64,000 nucleotides of DNA from Candidatus Zambryskiibacteriota bacterium (GCA_016177225.1 JACOVQ010000004.1:3328-67327), one strand, 5' to 3'; shown: positions 28,276 through 39,431, counted from the first letter of the stretch. Program-made: numbers and translations. The notes: a model not told the origin generated them from the sequence alone.

Positions 28276-28674
28276 ATGGCTACTAAATCGGAAAAGTATA
28301 TAGAGACGGTGGGACGCAGGAAAACGAGCGTGGCCAGAGTGCGTTTGACTCCCGCTTCCAAAATTTCAATTTCCATAAACGATAAAGAGTTTGAAAAATA
28401 TTTTTCTACAGCCGCGCTCAAAAATACGGTAATGAGAGTTTTTGACGATGCGCCGGAGAAGTTTAAGGTGACGGCGAAGCTCAATGGAGGCGGCATATCT
28501 TCTCAAGCGGAGGCTTTGAGGCACGGCATAGCGAGAGCTATGACGAAGCACGCTCCAGACTTGCGCACCAAGCTCAAGGTTAAGGGTTTTCTCAAGCGCG
28601 ACCCTCGCGCCAAAGAACGCCGCAAGTTCGGTTTGAAAAAAGCTAGAAAGGCTCCGCAGTGGTCAAAGCGCTAG
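28276..28674 (+). CDS. rpsI: 30S ribosomal protein S9
   Basis: GRRKTSVARV...ends KR. Confidence 0.9.
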   Translation: MATKSEKYIETVGRRKTSVARVRLTPASKISISINDKEFEKYFSTAALKNTVMRVFDDAPEKFKVTAKLNGGGISSQAEALRHGIARAMTKHAPDLRTKLKVKGFLKRDPRAKERRKFGLKKARKAPQWSKR

Positions 28675-28699
28675 TCGTGTTATACTTATACATAATTAT

Positions 28700-29425
28700 A
28701 TGAATAAAGTTCTCATTACTGTTCTGGTTATTGCCGCTATTGGAGGAGGATACTTTGCTGTAACTAATGAGTTACCAAAAAATCAAGAACTTGTCACTTC
28801 TTTTTCAATTGAGCCGTCATACAAATTTGAAGGATGGACTATGTATAATCCTGGAGCTAAAGCTGTTTTAGTGGCTAAGAACATTAAATCAGCGGAGGTG
28901 CGATACTATCCTACTGGAACAGGCATTACAGAGAGCGTATCAGCTGGCAAAATGACTAAAGTTAAGGAATCTACTTACGATAATATATGGGAATTAAAAT
29001 TACCGATAACTATCCTTGCTACTAATTTGTGGGCAGAAATTGAGTATTTATCTGGCAATAAGACAAAAACTTCCGATCTTGGAAATGTTGGTTATGAGTA
29101 TAAACGAAATATCCAGTCAGGTAATGAACTCACGAAAGAAGTGGTTATGCAACTTTTAAAAGACAAATTATGGAATAGCGAGTGTAGTTCCGAGCGAGTA
29201 GTGGGGAAATACGCTTCATGTAAGATAGAGATAAATAAAGTAAGTAGTGATTGGATTGTTACTATAACTTATGACGGTCTATATGACGATTCTGTTAAAG
29301 CATCTAGATATAAAACAGCTATAACTTATCAAGATGGGCAATGGCTTGAAGGCAATGTTTCTAGGACACAGCAATGCTGGCCTGACCGCGGACATCAAGA
29401 TTTCTCTTCAGAATCTTGTATCTAA
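28700..29425 (+). CDS. hypothetical secreted/membrane-anchored protein
   Basis: N-terminal signal-anchor. Confidence 0.45.
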   Translation: MNKVLITVLVIAAIGGGYFAVTNELPKNQELVTSFSIEPSYKFEGWTMYNPGAKAVLVAKNIKSAEVRYYPTGTGITESVSAGKMTKVKESTYDNIWELKLPITILATNLWAEIEYLSGNKTKTSDLGNVGYEYKRNIQSGNELTKEVVMQLLKDKLWNSECSSERVVGKYASCKIEINKVSSDWIVTITYDGLYDDSVKASRYKTAITYQDGQWLEGNVSRTQQCWPDRGHQDFSSESCI

Positions 29426-29520
29426 TACATCTAAAATACGCTATAGCATAAGATAGATGTATTACATTATTATTCCACGACCGTGTAAAAATAATGTATG
29501 AGGATTTTATAAAGTAGAAA

Positions 29521-29547
29521 GCCCGAGTCGCTATACGCGACTCGGGC
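29521..29547 (-). terminator. GC-rich hairpin (GCCCGAGTCGC/GCGACTCGGGC), U-tract on the minus strand
   Basis: Read directly; lies downstream of the minus-strand sORF. Confidence 0.5.
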
Positions 29548-29563
29548 TGTAGTTGTTAGTTCT

Positions 29564-29701
29564 GTTACCACTTGGCGGTTGAACCGCCAATCTCTTTTTC
29601 GATACTTATTCCTTTACGCTTCATCACATAGCAGACGCCCTGAACAGCTAAGAACAGTATCAGGGGCGATGAAAACCCGAGAATGATCAGATATGGTCTC
29701 A
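29564..29701 (-). CDS. candidate 45-aa small membrane protein
   Basis: GGAGG RBS 4 nt before the ATG, hydrophobic core, followed by a terminator hairpin. Confidence 0.3.
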
Positions 29702-29766
29702 TGGAGCCTCCCTTTTACGATTATACCATTGATTTTAAGTAATTTCTAAGGTATCTTATCTTTTGC

Positions 29767-30273
29767 ATGAAAGACGACGAAAATGAAATAGTGCCGGAAG
29801 AACTAGACGACTCTGTAGTTGCAGAAGAGACACAAGCGCAGCAGATTAAGAAGCTCAAGGATAAGCTTGCGACAGCGGAGGTAAAGGCCAAGGAGTATCT
29901 AGACGGCTGGCAGAGGAGCCAGGCGGATTTTGTCAATCTGCGCAAACGCGATGAGGAGGCGAAGAAGGAGTTTATGAAGTTTGTCAGTTTGGAAGTAGTA
30001 AAAGATTTAATTCCGGTGCTCGATGCTTTGTCTATCGGCAACAATGAGCCGGTGTACAAATTGCTTATGCAGACGCTTGATAAACATGGTCTTACAGAAT
30101 CAAATCCGATAGGAGAAGAATTTAATCCTGAATTTCACGAAACAATCGGCGTTATCCATACAGATAAGCCGGATGAGGACCACAAGATTCTTGAAGTCGC
30201 GCAAAAAGGTTATATACTATCAGGGAAAATTATCAGACCCGCCAAAGTGCGGATAGGAGAATATAAGAATTAA
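29767..30273 (+). CDS. grpE: nucleotide exchange factor GrpE
   Basis: Sequence pattern; upstream of dnaK. Confidence 0.85.
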   Translation: MKDDENEIVPEELDDSVVAEETQAQQIKKLKDKLATAEVKAKEYLDGWQRSQADFVNLRKRDEEAKKEFMKFVSLEVVKDLIPVLDALSIGNNEPVYKLLMQTLDKHGLTESNPIGEEFNPEFHETIGVIHTDKPDEDHKILEVAQKGYILSGKIIRPAKVRIGEYKN

Positions 30274-30276
30274 ATT

Positions 30277-32148
30277 ATGGCAAAAATAATCGGCATTGAT
30301 TTGGGTACAACCTTTTCCGCCGTGGCGGTCATGGAAGCAGGTACGCCAAAAATTTTGGAAAACTCGGAGGGCGCACGTACCACGCCTTCCATTGTCGCGA
30401 CTTCCAAGACCAGTGAGCGTCTGATAGGGCTTTTGGCTAAGCGGCAAGCGGTAACCAATCCGAAGAACACAGTCTTTGGCATCAAGCGCTTCATCGGCCA
30501 CACTTTCTCCGACCCTGCGGTACAGAAGGATAAAGCCACCGTGCCTTATGAGATAAAAGTGGCGCAGAATGGCGGCGTATTGGTAAAGATGGGCGATAAA
30601 GACTATCGCCCGGAAGAAATCTCCGCCATGATTTTAGGAAAGTTAAAGAGTGACGCAGAAGCAAGGCTGGGCGAAAAGGTAACAGAGGCAATTATTACCG
30701 TACCCGCTTATTTCAATGACTCGCAAAGACAGGCGACCAAAGATGCCGGAGCCATCGCCGGGTTGGATGTCAAAAGAATTATCAACGAGCCGACTGCCGC
30801 CGCGCTCGCCTATGGTTTAAATAAAAAAAAGAATGAGAAGATTGCGGTGTTCGATTTCGGCGGCGGCACTTTTGATATCTCCATTCTTGAAGTAGGGGAT
30901 GATGTGGTGGAAGTAAAGTCTACAGACGGCGACTCGCATCTCGGAGGCAAAGACATCGACCAGAAAGTGCTCAATTGGATTGCGGAAGAATACAAAAAAG
31001 AATCCGGCATCGACGTACGTTCAGATGCTTTAGCTCTCCAGCGCTTAGACGAAGCCGCCGAAAAGGCCAAAATTGAGCTCTCGACTGCCACGGAAACTGA
31101 AATCAACGTTCCATTCATTACCTCGGATGCTTCAGGTCCAAGGCACTTATTGCTCAAAATTTCCCGCGCGAAACTCGAAGAACTTGCCAGAGAGTTTGTC
31201 GACCGCGCCATGACTATCACGAAGCGCGCTATGGAAGCCTCTCCGTTTAAGATAGGAGATATAAATGAAGTGCTTCTTGTCGGTGGACAAACCCGCATGC
31301 CGGCTATTGCAGAAGGAGTTAAAAAATTCTTTAACAAAGAGCCAAACAAATCCATTAACCCCGATGAAGTAGTCGCTCTCGGCGCCGCTATCCAAGGAGG
31401 CATTCTGGCAGGAGATGTCAAAGATGTTTTGCTCTTAGACGTTATCCCACTTTCTCTAGGTATTGAGACTATGGGCGGAGTAGCGACAAAACTGATTGAG
31501 AAAAACACCACTATTCCTACCGCCAAGTCGCAAATTTTTTCTACGGCGGCGGATAATCAAACATCCGTTGAGATTCACATAGTGCAGGGAGAGCGCGCTA
31601 TGGCGTCAGATAACAAATCGCTTGGAAAATTTATTCTTGACGGCATTCCTCCAGCGTCGCGCGGGATGCCGCAAATTGAAGTAACTTTTGATGTTGATGC
31701 CAATGGAATCTTAAATGTAAAAGCCAAAGATAAAGCAACTAGCAAGGAACAGTCGATAAGGATTGAAGCAAGCTCTGGACTATCGAAACAAGATATCGAG
31801 AAAATGCAAAAAGATGCCGAAGCAAATGCCGCTGAAGACCAGAAGAAAAAAGATTTGGTAGATGCCAAAAATTTGGCGGAGCAGATGATTTATACAGCCG
31901 AGAAATCTCTCAAGGATGCGCCAAATGTTCCGGAAGATATTAAAACCGGAGTGAATGCAAAAATTGACGCGCTCAAAAAGGAAAAAGATTCTGGAAATCT
32001 TGAATCAATTAAATCAGCAACCGAAGCGCTCTCGACGGAGATGCAGAAGATAGGGGAGTATATGAACAGACAACAGACAACCAACGACCAACAACAGAAG
32101 CCGCCGGAAGGCGAGAATCCCGACATCAAAGATGCGGAAACTAAATGA
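30277..32148 (+). CDS. dnaK: chaperone DnaK (Hsp70)
   Basis: [22 protein letters not shown]. Confidence 0.95.
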   Translation: MAKIIGIDLGTTFSAVAVMEAGTPKILENSEGARTTPSIVATSKTSERLIGLLAKRQAVTNPKNTVFGIKRFIGHTFSDPAVQKDKATVPYEIKVAQNGGVLVKMGDKDYRPEEISAMILGKLKSDAEARLGEKVTEAIITVPAYFNDSQRQATKDAGAIAGLDVKRIINEPTAAALAYGLNKKKNEKIAVFDFGGGTFDISILEVGDDVVEVKSTDGDSHLGGKDIDQKVLNWIAEEYKKESGIDVRSDALALQRLDEAAEKAKIELSTATETEINVPFITSDASGPRHLLLKISRAKLEELAREFVDRAMTITKRAMEASPFKIGDINEVLLVGGQTRMPAIAEGVKKFFNKEPNKSINPDEVVALGAAIQGGILAGDVKDVLLLDVIPLSLGIETMGGVATKLIEKNTTIPTAKSQIFSTAADNQTSVEIHIVQGERAMASDNKSLGKFILDGIPPASRGMPQIEVTFDVDANGILNVKAKDKATSKEQSIRIEASSGLSKQDIEKMQKDAEANAAEDQKKKDLVDAKNLAEQMIYTAEKSLKDAPNVPEDIKTGVNAKIDALKKEKDSGNLESIKSATEALSTEMQKIGEYMNRQQTTNDQQQKPPEGENPDIKDAETK

Positions 32149-33008
32149 AGGACTATTACAAGATTTTAGGAGTCAAACGCGATGCGAGCGAAGAGGAAAT
32201 TAAAAAGGCCTTTAGAAAATTAGCTCATGCTCACCACCCGGACAAAGCGAGTGGTGATGAAGCTAAATTTAAAGAAGCGAGCGAAGCGTACTCCGTACTT
32301 TCTGATAAAGAAAAACGCAGGCAGTACGATACTGGACAAGCGAGCGGAGGTTTCGGATTCAAGGGTTCCGGACCAGACCCCGTCTGGTCCAGTGGCTTTG
32401 ACTTCTCCAACTTTGGATTTGGCGGAGCAGGTTTTGATACGGGAGACTTGGGTGATATTCTCTCAAGCATTTTCGGCGGCAGGCGAGTGCGTAGAGGGCG
32501 CGATATTGCCGTCGATATCGAACTCTCTTTCCAAGAATCGATTTTCGGCACTCAACGTAAAGTTGTCATAAACTCTAAATTAGTAAAGCAAAAAGAAGTT
32601 TCTATTTCCGTACCGCCGGGAATTGATGAAGGCCAGATGATACGGCTCTCCGGCATGGGCGAGACGCTTGAAGGGGGAGTACCGGGAGATCTTTACGTAA
32701 AAGTGCATGTCAGGAAGCATCCGTACTTCCGCAAAGAGGGTTACAACTTAGTGATGGATTCGGAAGTCAAGCTCACAGAAGCGCTTTTAGGCGCAGAGAA
32801 AGAGATTCACACTCTCGATGGCGAAATTACTCTCAAGATTCCTAGTGGCATTAAACACGGCACAATTTTAAGAGTGAAAGGCAAAGGCGTGCCTTTGGGC
32901 GGAAACAAAAGGGGAGATATTTATATACGTATTTCCGTCAATATTCCCGAAAAACTTTCCAAAGAGGCTAGGAAACTTATTGAGGAATTGAAGAAAGAGG
33001 GGTTGTAG
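32145..33008 (+). CDS. dnaJ: J-domain co-chaperone, DnaJ/CbpA type without zinc-finger repeats
   Basis: DYYKILGV...HPD J-domain; G/F region; no CxxCxGxG. Confidence 0.7.
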   Translation: MKDYYKILGVKRDASEEEIKKAFRKLAHAHHPDKASGDEAKFKEASEAYSVLSDKEKRRQYDTGQASGGFGFKGSGPDPVWSSGFDFSNFGFGGAGFDTGDLGDILSSIFGGRRVRRGRDIAVDIELSFQESIFGTQRKVVINSKLVKQKEVSISVPPGIDEGQMIRLSGMGETLEGGVPGDLYVKVHVRKHPYFRKEGYNLVMDSEVKLTEALLGAEKEIHTLDGEITLKIPSGIKHGTILRVKGKGVPLGGNKRGDIYIRISVNIPEKLSKEARKLIEELKKEGL

Positions 33009-33014
33009 AAAAAT

Positions 33015-33043
33015 GAGGGCGTTGCGCTCCGCGCAACGCCCTC
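33015..33043. terminator. 13-bp GC-rich hairpin after dnaJ (T-tract only on the opposite strand)
   Basis: GAGGGCGTTGCGC tcc GCGCAACGCCCTC. Confidence 0.45.
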
Positions 33044-33291
33044 TGGTAGGAACTCTCATCCCACCAAACAATCTTGAGGCCTTTGAAACAGCTCTCGTGC
33101 ATTTCCATACCTCGGACGAGGATATGCACGTCGCCTTGGACCAACTCTCCTTCGATGGTGTGTGCGGGAACAAATTCTTTGAGACACTTGCTACAGACCA
33201 TACAGCCTCCTTTGTCTATTTTAATCTTACTCTTTATTTTTAGTCTATGTGTACAGTTATCCACCTATGGTAATATTTAAAATTCTGAGTC

Positions 33292-35040
33292 ATGGAAAAT
33301 ATCCCGAGCACTCCGTTTAAATTTATCTGGTTTGCCATTAAGCCGTACAAGAGGTGGTTTTTCTTAGCACTTTTTCTAGTTCTCTTATCTGATATTTTCG
33401 GTGGCTTACAGTCCTATACTCTTAAAAGACTGATTGACGCTGCTAATTCTTCCTCAAGCTCTGTTTTTATGTGGGTTCTTATGTATCCGATTTTAATTTT
33501 GCTTTCTGTCGGGGCTGTAAGAGCTACTGGATTTATTCAAAATTTTCTTACAATTAAGTCTCGGCTAAGGGCTGCTAAATCTCTATTTGAATATCTGTCG
33601 CTTCATAGCCTTTCTTTTTTCAACGACAGATTTTCCGGTGCGTTAAGTGAAAAAGTAAGCATCGTATCATCAAATATCTCCAGATTGATAAATAACTCGT
33701 TATGGAATTTCTTCGGCTTTATTGCCTCGATTGCTGTAACAACGGCTATTATGTATTCGGCAAATAAGCAAGTTGCGTACACTTTCATCTTAGGCATAGC
33801 CGTATTAACCCCATTCAACTTATGGATAACACGCCGACAAGTTTCTCTAGCAGACAGAGCTGTAGAATTAGCTGCCAAGTTGCGCGGGCAGGTTATTGAT
33901 ACAGTTACTAATATATCCGCAGTACAGCAATATGCTAGAAGATTCTTTGAAATCGATCGATTGGATAAGGCTATGGATGAATGGAGATTTGCTGTCGTAA
34001 AGAGTAATAATTTTCGAGAATGGATTCTTGTTATTAATAACGCTATTGTCAGTGTGTTTATCGGAAGCATTATGCTTTGGGCTTTCTCTTTGTGGTCTAA
34101 AGAGGTTATAACAATCGGTTCGCTGGTAATGATTATATCTTTGGCACACAGCTTCATGCGTGAACTGTCTCATATAGGCCAGCGTATCAATGAACTGATG
34201 GAATTTTATGGAGAAATGCAGAATGGTTTAAAAGAGATAGTTCAGCCGCACAGTATCGTTGATAAGTCTGGTGCAAGAAGATTAAAAGTTACGGAAGGCA
34301 CGGTTAAGTTTGAGACCATATCTTTCGCTTATGGAGAGAATCAAAGCAAGATATTTGCAAACTTAACTTTCGAAATTAAGGGTGGAGAAAAGATTGGTAT
34401 CGTTGGAGCAAGCGGGGCGGGAAAGACAACTCTTATGAAATTGCTCCTGCGCCAGCACGATATTTTGGGAGGAATTATTTCTGTTGATGGGCAAGATGTC
34501 CGAGACATAACTCAGGAGAGTTTGCGAGAGAATATTTCTATAGTGCCCCAAGAACCAATGCTTTTCCATCGTACAATCCGCGAAAATATTTTATACGGCA
34601 AGTTAGATGGCACAGAAGAAGAAATGATAGAAGTGGCCAAGAAAGCTCAGGCTCACGATTTTATTGAATTACTGCCAAATAAATATGATTCATTGGTAGG
34701 GGAGCGAGGAGTGAAGCTCTCTGTCGGCCAGCGCCAGCGCATCGCCATTGCTAGAGCATTTCTCAAAAATGCGCCGATTCTTATACTTGATGAAGCGACA
34801 AGTGCTCTGGATAGCGAAAGTGAGGTGGCGGTGCAGAAAGCGCTCCATGCGCTTATGGAAGGCAAGACTGTTTTTGCCATAGCGCACCGCCTCTCAACTT
34901 TGCGCGACATGGACAGAATTCTAGTATTCAAGGATGGTCAAATTGTAGAAGACGGGACTCACCGCACGCTTCTAAAAAATAAGAATGGCGTCTACGCTTC
35001 ATTTTGGTCCCACCAAGCAGGTGGGTTTATCCAGGCTTAA
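33292..35040 (+). CDS. ABC exporter, fused permease/ATP-binding protein (MsbA-like)
   Basis: 6-TM N-terminus; Walker A GASGAGKTT, LSVGQRQRIAIARA, ILILDEATSALD. Confidence 0.85.
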   Translation: MENIPSTPFKFIWFAIKPYKRWFFLALFLVLLSDIFGGLQSYTLKRLIDAANSSSSSVFMWVLMYPILILLSVGAVRATGFIQNFLTIKSRLRAAKSLFEYLSLHSLSFFNDRFSGALSEKVSIVSSNISRLINNSLWNFFGFIASIAVTTAIMYSANKQVAYTFILGIAVLTPFNLWITRRQVSLADRAVELAAKLRGQVIDTVTNISAVQQYARRFFEIDRLDKAMDEWRFAVVKSNNFREWILVINNAIVSVFIGSIMLWAFSLWSKEVITIGSLVMIISLAHSFMRELSHIGQRINELMEFYGEMQNGLKEIVQPHSIVDKSGARRLKVTEGTVKFETISFAYGENQSKIFANLTFEIKGGEKIGIVGASGAGKTTLMKLLLRQHDILGGIISVDGQDVRDITQESLRENISIVPQEPMLFHRTIRENILYGKLDGTEEEMIEVAKKAQAHDFIELLPNKYDSLVGERGVKLSVGQRQRIAIARAFLKNAPILILDEATSALDSESEVAVQKALHALMEGKTVFAIAHRLSTLRDMDRILVFKDGQIVEDGTHRTLLKNKNGVYASFWSHQAGGFIQA

Positions 35041-35072
35041 TTAAAAGGGAAATTAAGGTTATAATTGACTCT

Positions 35073-36023
35073 ATGGGTAAAAACATACTACTCTCCGGCG
35101 TCAAGCCGACTGGTCGGCCCCATATTGGCAATTTTTTCGGCGCCATGAAGCAGTTTGTGGAGCTTCAGAACGAATACGAAGCCCATATCTTCATCGCTGA
35201 CCTGCACGCTCTGACAACGATTCAGAACAGGAAAGAACTCGAAGAAAACACGCTTGGTGTGCTCTTGGACTACTTGGCCATAGGTCTGGACCCCGAGAAG
35301 ACTGTGATTTATAAACAATCCGATGTGCCGGAAGTCGCCGAACTTGCCTGGATTTTCAATTGTCTCACTACCATGCCGTACCTCTCTCGTGCTCATGCAT
35401 ACAAAGATGCCGAGGCCAAGAATAAAGAAGTGAATGTCGGACTTTTTGGTTACCCGCTCCTGATGGCGGCTGACATCCTTTTGCCGGGAGCCGATGTGGT
35501 GCCTGTCGGGCAGGACCAGAAACAACATGTGGAAATTGCCCGAGACACTGCCGAGAAATTTAATCGTATCTTCGGCGACACTTTCAAATTGCCGGAGCCG
35601 TTGATTCTTGAAAATGCCGCCGTGGTGCCGGGTACGGATGGTCAAAAGATGTCCAAGAGCTATGGCAATACCATCGGACTCTTTGCCTCTGACGGAGAAA
35701 TAGAAAAAGCGGTGATGAGCATTGTCACTGATTCCGATTCAGAGATTCCGCAAAATGTGTACGCGATACATTCTCTATTGCGAGATAAAACGGAGTTGAA
35801 CGCTCTCTATGCTGAGAATAAAGGGCAATATAAGAAATTAAAAGAACTCCTGGTCGAAGATTTGAAGAATTTCGTCAGACCAATGCGAGAGAAACGCCAA
35901 GCTTTTAAAAAAGATATACCTATGGTGATGGAAGTATTGAAACTTGGTGGCAAAACGGCTCGTGCCCATACTGAAGAAAAGATGGAAGAAGTGCGAGCGA
36001 AAGTGGGACTTTCGCCCTACTAG
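35073..36023 (+). CDS. trpS: tryptophan--tRNA ligase
   Basis: SGVKPTGRPHIGNF HIGH-type motif, KMSKSYGN; start at MGKNILL. Confidence 0.85.
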   Translation: MGKNILLSGVKPTGRPHIGNFFGAMKQFVELQNEYEAHIFIADLHALTTIQNRKELEENTLGVLLDYLAIGLDPEKTVIYKQSDVPEVAELAWIFNCLTTMPYLSRAHAYKDAEAKNKEVNVGLFGYPLLMAADILLPGADVVPVGQDQKQHVEIARDTAEKFNRIFGDTFKLPEPLILENAAVVPGTDGQKMSKSYGNTIGLFASDGEIEKAVMSIVTDSDSEIPQNVYAIHSLLRDKTELNALYAENKGQYKKLKELLVEDLKNFVRPMREKRQAFKKDIPMVMEVLKLGGKTARAHTEEKMEEVRAKVGLSPY

Positions 36024-36068
36024 TTTATAAGTTATGAAGTTTGTAAGTTTGTAAGTTTTTAAGTTATG
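36023..36068. repeat. left inverted repeat built of tandem AAGTTNNN octamers (flanks NUDIX/4HB cassette)
   Basis: Reverse-complementary to 36857-36887. Confidence 0.55.
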
Positions 36069-36491
36069 GCTGAACAAATAAAAGAAACAAAAAGCGCTGG
36101 AGGTGTAGTGGTCAACAGTGAAGGAAAGGTACTCGTAGTAAATCAAAAAGGTGATTCCTGGTCGCTTCCAAAAGGACATATTGATATGAGAGAAGATGCG
36201 ATTACGGCTGCAAAGAGGGAAGTTTATGAAGAATCAGGTATTTCTGATTTAAAATTAATAAAAGAACTTGGCAGTTACCAAAGATACAGAATTGGAAAGG
36301 GTGGTGTTGGCGATGATAAAACAGAGGTCAAGATAATAATAATGTTTCTTTTTACAACATTAGAAAACGCCATCCATCCTATTGATCCAGAAAACCCAGA
36401 AGCCAAATGGGTTCCAAGAGAGAAGGTAGCAGCACTCCTGACTCATCCAAAAGATAAAGAATTCTTTCTTAGTATTGTAAGTGAAATTTAA
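36066..36491 (+). CDS. NUDIX hydrolase
   Basis: GHIDMREDAITAAKREVYEESGI Nudix box. Confidence 0.75.
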   Translation: MAEQIKETKSAGGVVVNSEGKVLVVNQKGDSWSLPKGHIDMREDAITAAKREVYEESGISDLKLIKELGSYQRYRIGKGGVGDDKTEVKIIIMFLFTTLENAIHPIDPENPEAKWVPREKVAALLTHPKDKEFFLSIVSEI

Positions 36492-36874
36492 TGGCTACCG
36501 GATTAGAAAATTTGAAAATATACCAGATGGCCAAAAAACTGGAACTTGAGGTTTTTAAACTACTGAAAAGTTTTCCAAAGGAAGAATGTTTTAGAAGTGT
36601 CGATCAATTGAGCCACTCTTCTTCATCAGTTACCAATAATATTGCCGAAGCTTACAATAAAAAGTCCATTAAAGATAAAACTAGGATACTGAACGATATT
36701 GTAAAGGGAGAAGCTAATGAGACGCGATCCAATCTAGAAGTATGCATAGAAAAGGGATTTCATAGTGAAAAATCATTGATAAATGGGTATACTGAACTCC
36801 TGATGGCTTTAAGTGGATATATTCGTTTTCTTCGCAATTCAGAAACTCAGACTTCTAAACTTACAAACTTATGA
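36491..36874 (+). CDS. four-helix-bundle protein (family frequently encoded in 23S rRNA intervening sequences)
   Basis: LKIYQMAKKLELEVFKLLKSFPKEE...NNIAEAYN pattern. Confidence 0.65.
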   Translation: MATGLENLKIYQMAKKLELEVFKLLKSFPKEECFRSVDQLSHSSSSVTNNIAEAYNKKSIKDKTRILNDIVKGEANETRSNLEVCIEKGFHSEKSLINGYTELLMALSGYIRFLRNSETQTSKLTNL

Positions 36875-36887
36875 ACTTACAAACTAA
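36857..36887. repeat. right inverted repeat AAACTTACAAACTTATGAACTTACAAACTAA
   Basis: Reverse complement matches the left repeat. Confidence 0.55.
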
Positions 36888-38130
36888 TTTACTACAGGGA
36901 TTCGTACATGCGCTAAGAATACAATCCAAGATAATTTTTATTGTAGTTAGAAATTTGAAAGGATTAACACAGGTTGTAGTTATGGCGGACAATCCAGAAT
37001 TTGAAACGGCTAAAAATTTGTCTTTAGAATCGGTAATTAGAGTGACTGGAAAGATGAAAGAGGCGTCACAGGCGCCGGGTGGACGAGAAATACACCCGGA
37101 CAAAATCGAAGTATTGTCAAAAGCTAATCCAGAACTTCCGATACCAGTGGTTGTTAAAGGTTCTGATGAAGAAACGGAAGCTCCTATGCGCTTCGACTAC
37201 CGCTGGCTCGATTTGCGCAAACCCGAGAAAGTCAAGATTTTCCAAATCTGGACAGAGTTTGAAAAAGGCTGGAGAAAGTATTGGGATGAGAACAACTTTA
37301 TCCAGCTTTATCCGCCTGCATTAATGTCTACATCTTCAGAGAGCGGAGCGGAAGTTTTTGAAGTCAACTACTTTGATCGCAAGGCATACTTGGCCCAATC
37401 ACCCCAGTTCTACAAACAAATGGCCATGGCCGCCGGTTTCGAAAAAGTTTTCATGATGTCTCCAGTGTTTCGCGCGGAGGAGTCCTTTACCACGAGGCAT
37501 ATGACGGAGTTTACCGGTTGGGACTTTGAAATTTCTTATATCAAAGACCATCACGATATCATGGATGCCGAAGAGGGGATGATTATTGCCGGATTTAAAC
37601 AGCTTCTTGAGAAATTTCCCGAGCTAAACATCACTATCCCCACACAACCTTTCCCAAGGATAAGCATGGTTGAGGCAAAGAAGATACTTCGAACACTCGG
37701 TGTTGCATCTCCAGAAGAACACGACCTTTCTCCCGAAGAAGAACGGGCCATTTCGGAGTATGTGTTAAAAGAACATAAACATGAGTTTATATTTATCACT
37801 GAGTATCATAAATCCAAGAGTGCTTTTTATCATATGTCATTAGCAAATGACCCTGAGCGTAGTCGAAGGGCAGACTTGCTTTATCGTGGTATAGAAGTGA
37901 CCACTCTGGCACAACGGGAACATCGTCCAGAAATATTGGAGAAGCAGGCGATAGAGAAAAATATGAATTTGAAATCACTCAAAGATTATCTAAACTTCTT
38001 CCGCTGGGGTTGTCCGCCGCATGGCGGCGCCGGCATCGGCCCAGGCCGTTTTATCATGAAAATTCTCGACCTTCCCAACGTCCGCGAAGTCACCTTCTTA
38101 CCGCGCGACGTCAAGCGCTTGAATCCGTAA
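36871..38130 (+). CDS. aspS: class IIb aminoacyl-tRNA ligase, archaeal-type aspartate--tRNA ligase (AsnRS not excluded)
   Basis: OB-fold N-terminus, QSPQFYKQ, FRAE...RHMTEFT, GCPPHGGAGIG. Confidence 0.75.
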   Translation: MNLQTNLLQGFVHALRIQSKIIFIVVRNLKGLTQVVVMADNPEFETAKNLSLESVIRVTGKMKEASQAPGGREIHPDKIEVLSKANPELPIPVVVKGSDEETEAPMRFDYRWLDLRKPEKVKIFQIWTEFEKGWRKYWDENNFIQLYPPALMSTSSESGAEVFEVNYFDRKAYLAQSPQFYKQMAMAAGFEKVFMMSPVFRAEESFTTRHMTEFTGWDFEISYIKDHHDIMDAEEGMIIAGFKQLLEKFPELNITIPTQPFPRISMVEAKKILRTLGVASPEEHDLSPEEERAISEYVLKEHKHEFIFITEYHKSKSAFYHMSLANDPERSRRADLLYRGIEVTTLAQREHRPEILEKQAIEKNMNLKSLKDYLNFFRWGCPPHGGAGIGPGRFIMKILDLPNVREVTFLPRDVKRLNP

Positions 38131-38144
38131 GGTATAATTGATTT

Positions 38145-38879
38145 GTGGAATTTGAAGTTAAAACATCTCGTTTCGAAGGTCCATTAGAGCTTCTCTTGGA
38201 GCTCGTCACGTCTAGAAAGCTTTTCGTCAATGATGTCTCACTCTCGGAAGTGGCGGATGATTTCATTCATTATCTCGAAACTCATGAAGAGTTTCCGTTG
38301 AACGAGTCGGCGGAGTTTATTGTTATTGCGTCAACTCTGATGTTCATCAAATCACGCTCGTTATTACCTTCGCTTAAGTTAACTGAGGAAGAAGAACAGA
38401 GCATCCATGAACTTGAAGACCGCTTAGCGCTCTATGCGCAAACCAAGAAGCTCGCGGCCGAACTCTCAAAGATTTTCGGCAAACGAGTAATATTTGAAAA
38501 ATTACCACCCAAGTTGCCATTGATAGTCTTTTCTCCCGATTCTAAAACTAATACGAATAATCTCTTAGCGGCGCTCGAAGCGCTTCTGGAATCTCTGCCG
38601 AAGGAAATTGCTTTGCCGAAAGTAACGGTAAAGAAAGTAATCAGTCTGGAGGAGATGATAGAGAAACTCGCGACGAGGATATCACAGGCTTCGAAATTAA
38701 GCTTCAAAGATTTCCACGGGGTAAAAGGGAAACTTACACACGAGAAGAAAGTCTCTATAATCATTGGCTTTCTCGCTATGCTTGAGCTTGTGAAGCGCGG
38801 CGCGATCCGTGTCAGCCAGGAAATTCAGGGAGAAATTGAGATAGAAAGTGAGAATGTGGGAGTTCCAATGTATAATTAG
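38145..38879 (+). CDS. scpA: segregation and condensation protein A
   Basis: FEGPLELLLELV. Confidence 0.8.
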   Translation: MEFEVKTSRFEGPLELLLELVTSRKLFVNDVSLSEVADDFIHYLETHEEFPLNESAEFIVIASTLMFIKSRSLLPSLKLTEEEEQSIHELEDRLALYAQTKKLAAELSKIFGKRVIFEKLPPKLPLIVFSPDSKTNTNNLLAALEALLESLPKEIALPKVTVKKVISLEEMIEKLATRISQASKLSFKDFHGVKGKLTHEKKVSIIIGFLAMLELVKRGAIRVSQEIQGEIEIESENVGVPMYN

Positions 38880-38882
38880 TTT

Positions 38883-39431
38883 ATGGATATCAGCGCGAAG
38901 ATTGAATCAATACTATTTTTAAAAAACGAACCGGTGACGTTTTCAGAATTTTCAAAATTACTGAAAGTTCCGAAAGAAAGTGTCCAAATTACAATAGACA
39001 AATTACAAAAAGAATACGAGAACAGAGGAATTGTTTTGGTAACGAGCGACGAAGAAGTGTCTTTCGGCACGCATCCGGAAGCAAGCGAATTGATTGAGAA
39101 GATTCAGAAGGAAGAATTTTCGAGAGAACTGGGTCGCGTCGGACTCGAAACTCTGGCCATAGTGCTTTACCGGGGACCGGTAACGAGACGGGAAATAGAT
39201 TATATACGCGGGGTTAATTCAGGCTTTACTCTGCGCACGCTTCTGGTGCGCGGCTTAGTGGAACGTAGAGAAGGAGAGGGGAGAAGTTATATTTATAAGC
39301 CGACCATAAAATTGCTACAATATTTGGGTGTGACAAAAAAGGAAGATTTGCCGGAATTCGAAACCGCATTCAATAAAATTGAAAAGTTCGAATCTGCGAA
39401 TAATCCGAATGCTACGAATGACAACGAATAA
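38883..39431 (+). CDS. scpB: segregation and condensation protein B
   Basis: IESILF...wHTH repeats; follows scpA. Confidence 0.8.
   Translation: MDISAKIESILFLKNEPVTFSEFSKLLKVPKESVQITIDKLQKEYENRGIVLVTSDEEVSFGTHPEASELIEKIQKEEFSRELGRVGLETLAIVLYRGPVTRREIDYIRGVNSGFTLRTLLVRGLVERREGEGRSYIYKPTIKLLQYLGVTKKEDLPEFETAFNKIEKFESANNPNATNDNE

Noticed and set aside
32977-33264. 95-aa minus-strand ORF after dnaJ (CxxC-containing)
   Set aside because: Reads straight through a 13-bp GC hairpin and overlaps the dnaJ 3' end; no RBS; likely non-coding.
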